Positions 1 through 9,568 of a DNA stretch of 64,000 nucleotides are shown one piece after another. This DNA comes from Alphaproteobacteria bacterium (lineage in GTDB: Bacteria > Pseudomonadota > Alphaproteobacteria > Sphingomonadales > Emcibacteraceae). The notes under the pieces were generated by a model that saw nothing but the letters and a program-made list of their open reading frames with translations, was not told where the DNA came from and made no database searches. Position 1 is the first letter of the stretch; every line of letters starts with the position of its first letter. The stretch spans positions 32,567-96,566 of the forward strand of contig NVTE01000002.1 of the NCBI GenBank assembly GCA_002401455.1, written 5' to 3'. Position numbers and translations under genes: made by a program.

Positions 1-60
1 AGCCTGTGCGGAAAGAGGAACAATCGTCAGCGCAATAATCAGGATGAGTTTTTTTAACAT
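1..60 (-). CDS. 5' end of a secreted protein (truncated by window edge)
   Basis: Minus-strand ATG at 60 preceded by GGAG; reads MLKKLILIIALTIVPLSAQA, a typical Sec signal peptide. Confidence 0.6.
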   Translation of the reverse strand, partial: MLKKLILIIALTIVPLSAQA

Positions 61-191
61 TGGTAGGCTCCCGTTTTTTTCACAAGCATCATAACATCAA
101 AATTTAAAAGCACACCACCGATTATTACCAGGAAATACATCAAACGAAAGGCGGACCCTAAAGTCCACCTTAAGTACGCCCAGAATTCAGA

Positions 192-1052
192 TTATCCACG
201 CCGTCTTCTGGCCAGACCCAGACCCAGAAGACCCAGACCTAACAGGGCCAGCGGGGCCGGTTCCGGAATATCCCCGCCAATGCCCCCGCCCGCCGACGTA
301 ACGTCGCCACCGATGATCAGCGCCCGCTGATTACTGTCGAAAGCCAGGACGGAAAGGCCGCCAAAGCTGCCTTCAAATGTGTTATGGCAGGGCCCGGACT
401 GAATATCCGTGTTGGTCAGGGTCGGAAAAGCCGCTATACCTGCCGCTGTCAGGCTTGCTGTACCATTACTGCATGAATTATTAATGGTTATTCCCGCGAT
501 CAAAGTACCCAACCAGGCATAAACATCTTCGTCGCCATGGGACATCAAACCGCCGCCGGATGTAACAAAACTATCAAAAATCGTGCCGCTGGCATTAATC
601 ACTGCCTTTTCAGCGGTATCCAGGTCATTTGACGCCTCATCACCGGCAATCCACATAATTGCAGGGTTCACGACTCCACCGGCAAGATCCGCAAAGAAAG
701 CCGTCAACGCGGCAGCGCCCTCAATATAGAGAACACTAAGACCCAAAACGTCCGCAACAGACCGGATCGCGCCACCCGCATCTCCGCCGGTAAAAGCTCC
801 GGGATCAGAAGACCCAAGGGCGACGATATCATGGGTAATAATGCCGGGACGAGTCTGATTGTTATCAAGGTCATTAATCGCATTTTCAATATAGAGCCAA
901 CCCAGGAGATTGGCACCGCCCCCTGACCGGGACCCATGATCGGTAAGGTCATCACCCCCAAGAATGACAGGGCCAGCCGTGGCAGGCCCGGAGAGACAAA
1001 GAGCAAGCGCCGCTCCAGCGGCTGTTGCTTTAAGCGTTGATAGAAATTTCAT
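192..1052 (-). CDS. PEP-CTERM sorting domain-containing exported protein
   Basis: N-terminal signal peptide; C-terminus IPEPAPLALLGLGLLGLGLARRRRG = PEP motif + TM helix + basic tail. Confidence 0.9.
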   Translation of the reverse strand: MKFLSTLKATAAGAALALCLSGPATAGPVILGGDDLTDHGSRSGGGANLLGWLYIENAINDLDNNQTRPGIITHDIVALGSSDPGAFTGGDAGGAIRSVADVLGLSVLYIEGAAALTAFFADLAGGVVNPAIMWIAGDEASNDLDTAEKAVINASGTIFDSFVTSGGGLMSHGDEDVYAWLGTLIAGITINNSCSNGTASLTAAGIAAFPTLTNTDIQSGPCHNTFEGSFGGLSVLAFDSNQRALIIGGDVTSAGGGIGGDIPEPAPLALLGLGLLGLGLARRRRG

Positions 1053-1137
1053 ACTAAACCTCCATAAGGTACAAGAACTAGACTAATTAAATAAAATCAC
1101 TAATATTAAGACATAGTAATATACTAATATTTTGATA

Positions 1138-1153
1138 TGCAACCATTGTACCA
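1138..1153 (-). promoter_or_regulatory. sigma-54 (-24/-12) promoter of the PEP-CTERM gene
   Basis: Minus strand reads TGGTAC-AATGG-TTGCA vs consensus TGGCAC-N5-TTGCW, about 85 bp upstream of the start codon. Confidence 0.75.
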
Positions 1154-1239
1154 AGAATGACAAACCCTATATTTTTCAACACATTATGATTATTAGCAAT
1201 CGTCAGGACCCGCACAACTGATAGAATTCCGACCGAAAC

Positions 1240-1344
1240 TGTAAAAAAAGCTGACACTTCATAGGGATATTAATTGAGGTTTTTGAATAACAATCTGATA
1301 TATATGGATAACTTTTAAGGAAAAAACTGTAAAATATCCTGACT
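1240..1344. promoter_or_regulatory. Two enhancer-like sites for a sigma-54 activator
   Basis: TGTAAAAAAAGCTGACA (1240-1256, TGT-N11-ACA) and TGTAAAATATCCTGACT (1328-1344), both upstream of the -24/-12 element. Confidence 0.55.
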
Positions 1345-1585
1345 CTCCTCGGCGACGCTCAAAATCTCTTAAGATGACGTTCACCTATTTAAGGAAAATT
1401 TTTAAGATAGAGTTCGGGCAATCCCCTTGAATAAAAGCCAAAAAAATACTACATTTACCTTAAGGGATGTCTGGCAATCATTATTTTGCCATGATCGCAA
1501 GTCATTGTGACAGAATACCGTGGTCAGTACTTAATAAATCCGGACACCACAGCCCGAGTACCTTAATATATAACAGGACCTTTCT

Positions 1586-2320
1586 GTGACCGTAAACAGA
1601 ACATTTGAACCACAAGCTGAAACATCAGGATATCTTAGCAGCCTGCTCCCGATCCCCACGACCAGCTTTCAGCAAATGCAGCGTGAAATTGACCGGATTA
1701 GCCTGCTGAAAAAAATTGTTCCGACCTTGACGATATTCGTTCTTGTTTCCCTGGTGTTATGGCCAATCCTAAACAGCAAGGAGGGCAGTTTCACCCTAGC
1801 CATGGACCGGCTGGAAGTACGGGATGAAAATGCCAAACTGATCAAACCACGTTATGTGGGTATTGACAGTCATAACAACCCGGTTAACATCTCAGCGGAA
1901 ATGGCCTTTCGCAAAAGCAATGACGACAAAGAATTTTACCTGAAAAACCTGCTGGCCGATATGCAAATGCAGGATGGTACTGGAATTGAAATCCGCGCCA
2001 CAAACGGCATGCTGGATTCCGAAGCCCAGGAGGTCACTGTGGACGGGACGGTAACTATTTCCACAGAAAATGATTTTTACCTGGCAACGGTTCAGGCGTT
2101 GTTCCTGATCAATGAAAAAATCGCATCCGGAGAGAATGGCGTTACCGGCAGCATGCCTTTCGGAACATTCAGCGCTGATAAATTTCATGTGGATGTCGAT
2201 CAGGAAATTATCCGCCTTAAAAGTAACGTCAGGATGCATTTCGACCCGAGCAAACCGATAGAGCTACCGGCATTTAACCCAGCATTTAACCCAGCATTTA
2301 ACAATGATAAAAATCAGTAA
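1586..2320 (+). CDS. lptC: LPS export ABC transporter periplasmic protein LptC
   Basis: Single N-terminal TM, PRYVGID motif, immediately upstream of lptA-lptB. Confidence 0.8.
   Translation: MTVNRTFEPQAETSGYLSSLLPIPTTSFQQMQREIDRISLLKKIVPTLTIFVLVSLVLWPILNSKEGSFTLAMDRLEVRDENAKLIKPRYVGIDSHNNPVNISAEMAFRKSNDDKEFYLKNLLADMQMQDGTGIEIRATNGMLDSEAQEVTVDGTVTISTENDFYLATVQALFLINEKIASGENGVTGSMPFGTFSADKFHVDVDQEIIRLKSNVRMHFDPSKPIELPAFNPAFNPAFNNDKNQ
2267..2302 (+). repeat. 3 x 12-bp tandem repeat encoding PAFN at the LptC C-terminus
   Basis: ccggcatttaac-ccagcatttaac-ccagcatttaac. Confidence 0.9.
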
Positions 2321-2891
2321 AACTGAGGGATACAAGATTTTGGCTTTTCATAAACAAATCAGACAAACAATGACTATCCTGCTGCTGGGGGCCGGGCTGG
2401 CTTTACCAGCCATCGGAGTCCACGCTCAGGTTACGGCCACCACCAAGACCGAAATTGATCCCAAAACCCCGGTGAATGTTAGTAAAGATGTCAGCATCAG
2501 TGCCGATGAACTCGAAGCTAACCTACGCAAGGATATTGTTATTTTTGTCGGTCATGTAGTGGTGCGCCAGGAAGATCTGACATTGAACTCTGACCGGATA
2601 ACGGTTTTTTATCAAAAAGCGGGCAAAGAAAAATCCTCAATCACCCGTATTGATGCCTCCGGCAGTGTGAAATTAACCACTAAAACCGAGACCATTCACG
2701 CCACATGGGGCATTTATGATTTCACCGATAAAATTATCACCCTCGGAGGCAAGGTTGTTCTGAAAAGAAGTGACGGCGAAATTAAAGGTAAAAGACTGAT
2801 CTATAACCTTGAAACCGGCCTGATTACCATTGAAGGAAGCCCGACGACCAAGGGACGCGTGACCGGACAATTCATTTTACCGGAAAAATAA
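2304..2891 (+). CDS. lptA: LPS transport periplasmic protein LptA (OstA family); start may be 2370
   Basis: Signal peptide, beta-jellyroll-type ISADEL...FVGHVVVRQ, C-terminal GRVTGQF; sits between lptC and lptB. Confidence 0.85.
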   Translation: MIKISKTEGYKILAFHKQIRQTMTILLLGAGLALPAIGVHAQVTATTKTEIDPKTPVNVSKDVSISADELEANLRKDIVIFVGHVVVRQEDLTLNSDRITVFYQKAGKEKSSITRIDASGSVKLTTKTETIHATWGIYDFTDKIITLGGKVVLKRSDGEIKGKRLIYNLETGLITIEGSPTTKGRVTGQFILPEK

Positions 2892-2962
2892 CCTGACGAG
2901 AAAAAACCAGAAAGAAATACTTTTACAGTAGTCTATTAACATTTATACGATAAAAAGAACCT

Positions 2963-3745
2963 ATGAGCCCACAGCAAACATCACCACTTCAGGCCGACGC
3001 CACAACCACTGTTCCTCAATTGAGTACAGGGCTGGTTATCGACTCAGTGGAAAAGAAATTTAATAAGAGACCGGTCCTAAAAGGCGTTAGCTTGACTGTT
3101 GAAAAAGGCGAAGTCGTCGGCCTTCTCGGGCCGAATGGTGCAGGTAAGACCACCACCTTCTATTCCATGATCGGCTTGATTGAACCGGATGCGGGACGGA
3201 TCCTGCTGGATGGGCATGATATCACCAGCCTTCCCATGTACCGGCGCGCTCGATTAGGCATTGGCTATCTGCCTCAGGAAGCCTCGATCTTTCGCGGGAT
3301 GACGGTGGAAGAGAATATCTGGGCGGTGCTTGAAATATGCGAGCCGGACCGAAAAACCAAGGACGACATGCTGGAAAGCCTGTTAAATGAATTTTCCATC
3401 ACTCATATCCGCCATGCCTCCGCTCTTGCTTTATCCGGTGGCGAACGCCGCAGAGTGGAGATTGCAAGGGCCCTGGCAACCCGGCCAAGCTTCATTTTAT
3501 TGGACGAGCCATTCGCGGGAATCGACCCCATTGCGATTTCTGACATTCGCAATCTGGTTTCCCACCTGAAAGACCGGGGAATTGGCGTATTGATAACCGA
3601 TCACAACGTCCGGGAAACCCTTGAAATCATTGACAGAGCCTACATCATTCATGATGGACAGGTATTAATGTCAGGAACGCCTGAAGAAATTGTCGCTAAT
3701 GAGGACGTTCGTCGTGTATACTTAGGGGACAGCTTTAGCTTATAA
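2963..3745 (+). CDS. lptB: LPS export ABC transporter ATP-binding protein LptB
   Basis: [33 protein letters not shown]. Confidence 0.95.
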   Translation: MSPQQTSPLQADATTTVPQLSTGLVIDSVEKKFNKRPVLKGVSLTVEKGEVVGLLGPNGAGKTTTFYSMIGLIEPDAGRILLDGHDITSLPMYRRARLGIGYLPQEASIFRGMTVEENIWAVLEICEPDRKTKDDMLESLLNEFSITHIRHASALALSGGERRRVEIARALATRPSFILLDEPFAGIDPIAISDIRNLVSHLKDRGIGVLITDHNVRETLEIIDRAYIIHDGQVLMSGTPEEIVANEDVRRVYLGDSFSL

Positions 3746-3762
3746 AGCGGGGTAACAGAATT

Positions 3763-5316
3763 ATGGCACTATCGCCAAGAATTGAATTAAAACTATCACA
3801 GTCTCTGGTCATGACACCCCAGTTGCAGCAGGCTATTAAATTGCTGCAATATTCAAACATTGACCTTGTGGATTTTGTGACCCAGGAAATTGAGAAAAAC
3901 CCTCTGCTGGAACTCGGTGACAATAACCAGACCAACCTCAAATCCTCTGATGAAAACAGTGACCCGCCTTTAAATGAAGGCGAAGGAACTGGCGATACCC
4001 CTTCCCCCGCAACTGCAGATGATTATCTTAATAATCCCGGCGGTGAAAACCAGAATTCAGACCCCCCCCTGGACACCAACTATGAAAATGATTTTAACAA
4101 TGATTGTGTCATTGACGCAGTCCCTAGTTCCGCCTCAAGCAATGACCTGGGCCTGAGTTCCAAATCCATGATGGGTGGCGGCGGTAGCTTTGACACCTCT
4201 GATTTTGGTATGGACCTTGGCCTTACAGAGACCATCACTTTAAGCAATCACCTGTTGGCACAACTTAATTTAATCACTGTCAATGCCAATGACAAAATTC
4301 TCATTCGCTTTTTAATCGGCATGCTCGATGAAGCCGGATATTTATCTGAAAGCAGTGAATTAATAGCTGAACGGTTTGGCTGCGATACCGACGATATCGA
4401 ACGGATCATAGCCATTGCCCAGACCCTGGAACCGGTTGGCGTATTCGCCCGGGACCTAAAAGAATGCCTAAAGCTCCAGCAACGCAATAATGACCGGCTT
4501 GACCCGGCCATGGAGATGTTACTTGATAATCTGGAGCGGCTCGCTCACCGGGATTATCCAGCCCTGCTCAGGTTATGTAAGGTCGATACTGAAGACCTGA
4601 AAGATATGATAGAGGAAATACAGGCCCTTAATCCGCGTCCTGGGCTTACGTATAACACCACCATTTCCCAGACGGTCATTCCTGACGTTTTCATTCGTAA
4701 GACACCCAAGGGCACATGGATTGTTGAATTAAACAGCGAAACCCTGCCCCGGGTTCTGTTTAACAACAGCTATCTCACAGAAGTCAAAAGTCATACCCGG
4801 GATAAAAAAGACAAGGATTATCTCACCGATTGTGCCGCCTCCGCCAGTTGGCTGGTCAAGGCGCTTGATCAACGGGCCAGGACAATCCTGAAAGTCGCCT
4901 CTCAACTAGTTAAACATCAGGAAAATTTCTTTGAGAAAGGTGTAAAGCACCTCAAACCCCTGAATTTGAAAACTATCGCTGATGCCATCGAAATGCATGA
5001 AAGCACAGTGAGTCGGGTTACATCCAATAAATTCATTTCAACCAATCGTGGTATATTTGAAATGAAATATTTTTTTACCACCGCCATCTCCGCCGTTGAA
5101 GGCGGCGAAAGTCATTCCTCTGAATCTGTAAAATATACAATTCAGGAATTGATTGACGGTGAAGAACCTAAAAAAATTCTCTCCGACGACAAACTGGTCA
5201 ATATCCTTAAGCTGAAAGGCGTTGATATTGCTAGGAGAACTGTCGCGAAATACAGAGAATCCTTGAATATTCCTTCTTCCATTCAACGGAGGAGAATTAA
5301 AAATGCTGCTTTTTAA
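3763..5316 (+). CDS. rpoN: RNA polymerase sigma-54 factor
   Basis: MTPQLQQAIKLLQ region I, HESTVSR, RpoN box ARRTVAKYRE. Confidence 0.97.
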   Translation: MALSPRIELKLSQSLVMTPQLQQAIKLLQYSNIDLVDFVTQEIEKNPLLELGDNNQTNLKSSDENSDPPLNEGEGTGDTPSPATADDYLNNPGGENQNSDPPLDTNYENDFNNDCVIDAVPSSASSNDLGLSSKSMMGGGGSFDTSDFGMDLGLTETITLSNHLLAQLNLITVNANDKILIRFLIGMLDEAGYLSESSELIAERFGCDTDDIERIIAIAQTLEPVGVFARDLKECLKLQQRNNDRLDPAMEMLLDNLERLAHRDYPALLRLCKVDTEDLKDMIEEIQALNPRPGLTYNTTISQTVIPDVFIRKTPKGTWIVELNSETLPRVLFNNSYLTEVKSHTRDKKDKDYLTDCAASASWLVKALDQRARTILKVASQLVKHQENFFEKGVKHLKPLNLKTIADAIEMHESTVSRVTSNKFISTNRGIFEMKYFFTTAISAVEGGESHSSESVKYTIQELIDGEEPKKILSDDKLVNILKLKGVDIARRTVAKYRESLNIPSSIQRRRIKNAAF

Positions 5317-5548
5317 AAAAGACAACACAGGAAAAAAACAGATAGCGTTTCCTGTGAAAGCAGCAAATTGGAAAAGGATGAAAACTTTTTTTCACCCTTT
5401 CCTGTACAGCGGAAGTTTGTGTTTACTTGACAAATGCAAAGCCAGACACTAACTTCCCCGGCTTCGGACCATAGTTGTTACAGTTACTGTATATGTTATG
5501 GTCCAGGCTCTCATGAAAACAAGCTATCTGAGAATGGTTCTATCTAAA

Positions 5549-6130
5549 ATGAAAATTATCGTTACGGGCAAACAAATGGACATTGGCGACAGCATGAAGT
5601 CATATGTCGAAGGTCATATCGACGGAATAGTTGATAAATACTTTGAAAATACCATCGATTCAATCGATGGTACTGTAACGATGTCAAAAAATGCCCATTT
5701 GCATCGTGCAGATTGCAATGTTCATTTAGGGCATGGTGTATATTTACAAACACACGCGGAAGAAGTCGATGTCTATGCAGCCTTTGATTCTGCCGCTGCT
5801 AAATTGGAAAAAAGATTGCGCCGCTATAAAAGACGGCTGACCAATCACCATAAAGACCGGTCCAATGGGCAGATGACAATACCCGCACAATATAATGTCT
5901 TCGAAGCTGAAACCGAAACATCCGAAGAACCCGCTGAGCACCTTCAGCCAGCAATCATTGCGGAAATGCAACTTGATATACCGGATGTTTCTGTCAGCGA
6001 TGCAGTAATGAGACTGGATCTGGGAGAGTTACAAACGCTAATGTTCCGGAACAGTGCCCACGGGGGATTAAATGTGGTCTATCGCCGCACCGATGGCAAC
6101 ATCGGCTGGATAGAACCTAAACTGGATTAA
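5549..6130 (+). CDS. hpf: Ribosome hibernation promoting factor (long HPF)
   Basis: MKIIVTGKQMDIGD start, KLEKRLRRYKRRL, C-terminal NVVYRRTDGNIGWI; follows rpoN. Confidence 0.93.
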   Translation: MKIIVTGKQMDIGDSMKSYVEGHIDGIVDKYFENTIDSIDGTVTMSKNAHLHRADCNVHLGHGVYLQTHAEEVDVYAAFDSAAAKLEKRLRRYKRRLTNHHKDRSNGQMTIPAQYNVFEAETETSEEPAEHLQPAIIAEMQLDIPDVSVSDAVMRLDLGELQTLMFRNSAHGGLNVVYRRTDGNIGWIEPKLD

Positions 6131-6148
6131 CAACAGAAAAGTCTCCGT

Positions 6149-6616
6149 ATGGAAATAACTGATCTGATAAATCTGGACTCTATTTTTCCAGACCTTAAAG
6201 CCTCTAACAAGAAACAAACCTTGCAGGAGCTGGCTAACTATGCCGAAAGGATAATTCCTCAGGGACATCATGATATACTTGATGTCCTGCTGGAAAGAGA
6301 GAGACTGGGAACCACCGGCATGGGGCACGGCGTTGCCATACCCCACGGAAAATTTCCCAATCTGGATCGGACATACGGGCTTTTTGCCCGGCTTGGTCAG
6401 GCGGTTGATTTTGAATCAGTTGACGATCAACCCGTTGATCTTATTTTTCTGCTCCTAGTGCCGGAAACGGCTGGGGCTGACCACTTGAAAGCACTGGCAA
6501 AAGTATCCAGAACGCTCAGGGATAAAGCGACCTGCGAGAAATTGCGGGGGTCTGAGGGCGGTGATGCCATCTATGCCATACTGACCTCAACATCCCAGTC
6601 AAGCCACGCGGCTTAA
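6149..6616 (+). CDS. ptsN: PTS IIA-like nitrogen regulatory protein
   Basis: ERERLGTTGMGHGVAIPHGK phospho-His motif, ADHLKALA. Confidence 0.95.
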   Translation: MEITDLINLDSIFPDLKASNKKQTLQELANYAERIIPQGHHDILDVLLERERLGTTGMGHGVAIPHGKFPNLDRTYGLFARLGQAVDFESVDDQPVDLIFLLLVPETAGADHLKALAKVSRTLRDKATCEKLRGSEGGDAIYAILTSTSQSSHAA

Positions 6617-6634
6617 TGTAAATCATTCCATATG

Positions 6635-6670
6635 AAAAAGGGCTGGCTCAGGTTATCTGAGCCAGCCCTT
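6635..6670. terminator. Bidirectional intrinsic terminator
   Basis: aagggctggctcag-gttat-ctgagccagccctt hairpin between convergent genes. Confidence 0.8.
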
Positions 6671-6687
6671 AAATCATCATATTCCTT

Positions 6688-8184
6688 TTAGACACCGTCG
6701 TCTGGTGCCTTTTCAGCCTTGTCAGAATAAACCTTACGGCGAAATTTTTCAGCCTTTTCCGTATCTTTATCAGATACTTTTCCTTCGGCAACCTCAGGAA
6801 TCCGAACCCAACAGTCCGTGCCTTGTTGCCTGATTTTCTTACAGGCGACCTGGGCTTCCAAAAGGCTCGTCAGAGGCCCGGCATTCAACCGATAATAAAA
6901 ACCATGGGGGCCGCCTTTGAATTTAGCTTGCCCGAGGTCAATTTCAGACCGGCGAGGTTCCAGGTCCCCAATGATGTCAGAATATTTCTTTTTCAACTTT
7001 TCCCATCCCGGCATCAATTCAGCTTTCGTCCGGTAGGCCGCAATCTGCAACGCCCAGCCTTGGGGGCCCAGCAGGGGCGGTATATTTTCTTCTTCGGGCT
7101 CAGGCTCAATAACAGCCATTGGCTCTGGTGGCACCTCCACTAAACGGGCAACGGTTATGCTCTTAACCCGACTATCATCCACATAAACCTCATTCGCCAC
7201 TTCCGTGATATCGGTTTGGGGATTGGTGGATTGGCGCACAACCGTATCAAACCGATCGTCGGAAGAAAGGCTGGCCAGAATGCGGAAATAACCAAGGTTC
7301 TCATTAGCCAGTGCAGGCCCGTTATCAATAGCCAACAGCCGTGCAGACATCACTTCATTGCCAGCCAGAGCATAAGCCATGGCCAGGTTCTGGCGATGAG
7401 TAGCTCCTGCATCCCGGTGCTGTGCCGCTTGTTTAAGGGTTGCAATGGCCTCATCATGGCGCGATTGCAAGGCCAGGGACAATCCATAATTATTCAACAG
7501 TTTCAGATTATCCGGATCAATATTAAGACCATCTTTGTAAACTTCCATTGCCGCTCTGGGGTTGCCTTGAAGTTCAAGAGCCAGGGCCAGACTGGAAATA
7601 GATTCCACATCACGCGGATTTAAGGAAATAGCATCATTAAGCATCGGAACCGCCATGGTAGGACGATTCAGGGCAATATATGTTTTGCCCAACCCTCGAA
7701 GGGCGGCCAGATTTTGTTCATTACGGGACAACGCAGACTGATAGACTTTTTCGGCCTGCTGATATTGACCAATCGCCCGTAGGCTGTCGCCGAGCCCAAC
7801 CAAGGGTGCTGAGGCAAAGGGGTGATATTTCATGGCCCGGCGATAAAGAGGAATCGCCGCATTATGATCACCATCGGCGGCCATTTCATTGGCCAGCGCT
7901 ACAAAACTGCTTTCAAATGCCGATCCTGAGGATTCCACCGACCGGACAGCATTGCTGGTCACAGGTTCATAATTTGTCGCCTGATAATCGGAACTGTTGG
8001 AGCAGGCCACAAGGAAGAGCGGCATGGCGACGGAAGCCAATATCCGGCTCATGCCGGATTTTCCCTTTACTGAGTTTAGAGGGTCTTTTTTTCGGGGGGT
8101 TTTCATCATCAAATTCTTGCTTAACTTTATCATCATACACTCCATTCCATAAACACGGCCTCTCTCTTGGCGGCGCCTATCCAT
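6688..8184 (-). CDS. TPR-repeat (TadD-like) lipoprotein with C-terminal SPOR domain; true start probably downstream (about 8133 or 8052)
   Basis: Lipobox LVAC; TPR units incl. NNYGLSLALQ...RQNLAMAYALAG; SPOR-like WALQIAAY...FYYRLNAGPL...ACKKI...DCWV. Confidence 0.8.
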   Translation of the reverse strand: MDRRRQERGRVYGMECMMIKLSKNLMMKTPRKKDPLNSVKGKSGMSRILASVAMPLFLVACSNSSDYQATNYEPVTSNAVRSVESSGSAFESSFVALANEMAADGDHNAAIPLYRRAMKYHPFASAPLVGLGDSLRAIGQYQQAEKVYQSALSRNEQNLAALRGLGKTYIALNRPTMAVPMLNDAISLNPRDVESISSLALALELQGNPRAAMEVYKDGLNIDPDNLKLLNNYGLSLALQSRHDEAIATLKQAAQHRDAGATHRQNLAMAYALAGNEVMSARLLAIDNGPALANENLGYFRILASLSSDDRFDTVVRQSTNPQTDITEVANEVYVDDSRVKSITVARLVEVPPEPMAVIEPEPEEENIPPLLGPQGWALQIAAYRTKAELMPGWEKLKKKYSDIIGDLEPRRSEIDLGQAKFKGGPHGFYYRLNAGPLTSLLEAQVACKKIRQQGTDCWVRIPEVAEGKVSDKDTEKAEKFRRKVYSDKAEKAPDDGV

Positions 8185-8605
8185 TTTGAGATGCTACTTT
8201 CCGCAAAGGAACTTCATCATTGTTTTGGGCAAGATAAAGGTCCAATGCCTCACTGAGAATAACCTGACAGCTTTTTCGCGTATGCGCTGAATAGAGTCTT
8301 AATTGCAAATGGTTTTCTTCCTCCATTCGCAATGTCATCGCTATGCGCTTGTGAGCCCCAGGCCCTTGAGACGATTTGACAGGCTTTGATTTTCTAGTCG
8401 AAACTTTTCCCTTAACTGCGTTAACTGACCCCGCTGTCGATGACTGAACAGTTTTTTTTCTGCTAGGCATGATACCTTTGTGTGTCCCATTCAAAGTATG
8501 ACTATTCACATGGATCGTTTCCGGTGACGGCAGCGCAGCCCCTTTTCTAGCCAACAGGGCACCCGTTAATCTGGAGACCTGTTTTATGTTCTTTTCATTT
8601 TTCAT
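8177..8605 (-). CDS. Small protein with C-terminal ribbon-helix-helix-like domain (ParA partner candidate)
   Basis: RIAMTLRMEEENHLQLRLYSAHTRKSCQVILSEALDLYL has beta-strand + two-helix pattern; 5 bp downstream of the ParA-family gene. Confidence 0.65.
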   Translation of the reverse strand: MKNEKNIKQVSRLTGALLARKGAALPSPETIHVNSHTLNGTHKGIMPSRKKTVQSSTAGSVNAVKGKVSTRKSKPVKSSQGPGAHKRIAMTLRMEEENHLQLRLYSAHTRKSCQVILSEALDLYLAQNNDEVPLRKVASQNG

Positions 8606-8610
8606 GTCTA

Positions 8611-9330
8611 TTATGCCTGTACTTGTCTACGACCAAAACCACCGCGTTGAGGAGAGCCTTTTGCCTGGGTTGCCTGATGCTGGAATACGGTTCTTCTGAA
8701 ATTCTTTTCCAGGCGATCATTGATATACTCCCATAGATCTTCAATCTCAGCAGCCGATTTCCCTTTAGGGTTGACCTCCATAACGGTTCTTCCATCAATC
8801 ATGGATGAGGCATATTCCGTCCGGTGATGCAGTGTGATCGGAGCCACTGTGCCATGTTGGGAGAGGGCAATTGCCGCATCTGAGGTGATCCGCGCACGGG
8901 GCGTTGCCCCATTGATGACAAACATGAACGGCTTATCGGTTCTGTCGGCCAATTCAACGGTTCCCCCAGCTGCCCGCAGGTCATGGGGGCTTGGTCTTGT
9001 GGGGATAACAATCAGGTCTGATACCGCGATAACGCTTTGAATAGCCAGGGTAATCGCCGGCGGCGTATCAATCACGGCCAGCTTGAACCCCTGTGACCGA
9101 AGTTCATCCAAGTCAGTCAGTAAACGTGAAATATTGGTTTGGGCGAAGGCCGGTGTCGCCGCTTCCCGTTCATTCCACCATTCCGTCAGGCTGCCCTGGG
9201 GATCAGTATCGACCAAGACAACCGGACCTGCACCGGCAAGCTCCGCCTGCACAGCAATATGGCCGCTTAGCGTCGTCTTCCCCGATCCACCCTTTTGTGA
9301 GGTAAATGCTAATACACGCATATAATTCAA
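8611..9330 (-). CDS. ParA/Soj-family ATPase (no N-terminal HTH)
   Basis: Deviant Walker A KGGSGKTT, DTDPQGS, IDTPP, PSPHDL. Confidence 0.92.
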   Translation of the reverse strand: MNYMRVLAFTSQKGGSGKTTLSGHIAVQAELAGAGPVVLVDTDPQGSLTEWWNEREAATPAFAQTNISRLLTDLDELRSQGFKLAVIDTPPAITLAIQSVIAVSDLIVIPTRPSPHDLRAAGGTVELADRTDKPFMFVINGATPRARITSDAAIALSQHGTVAPITLHHRTEYASSMIDGRTVMEVNPKGKSAAEIEDLWEYINDRLEKNFRRTVFQHQATQAKGSPQRGGFGRRQVQA

Positions 9331-9568
9331 CCCTATTTTATTTACAAAACATACTTAAGAACCCAACGTAGAAACCTATAGGCACTATTACAACGAGGCA
9401 ATTATGGTCAACAGGTCTTAAGAAATCGTAAAGTCACATCGCTTTTTATTTTTCTAAGACTTTGATAATCAATGGATTATTCATAAAATTTTCACTATAT
9501 TAGGAGACATTCTATATTCGACCACACTTACGAACTTATTAAGCCATGATGGGAAGGAACAGAAAACC

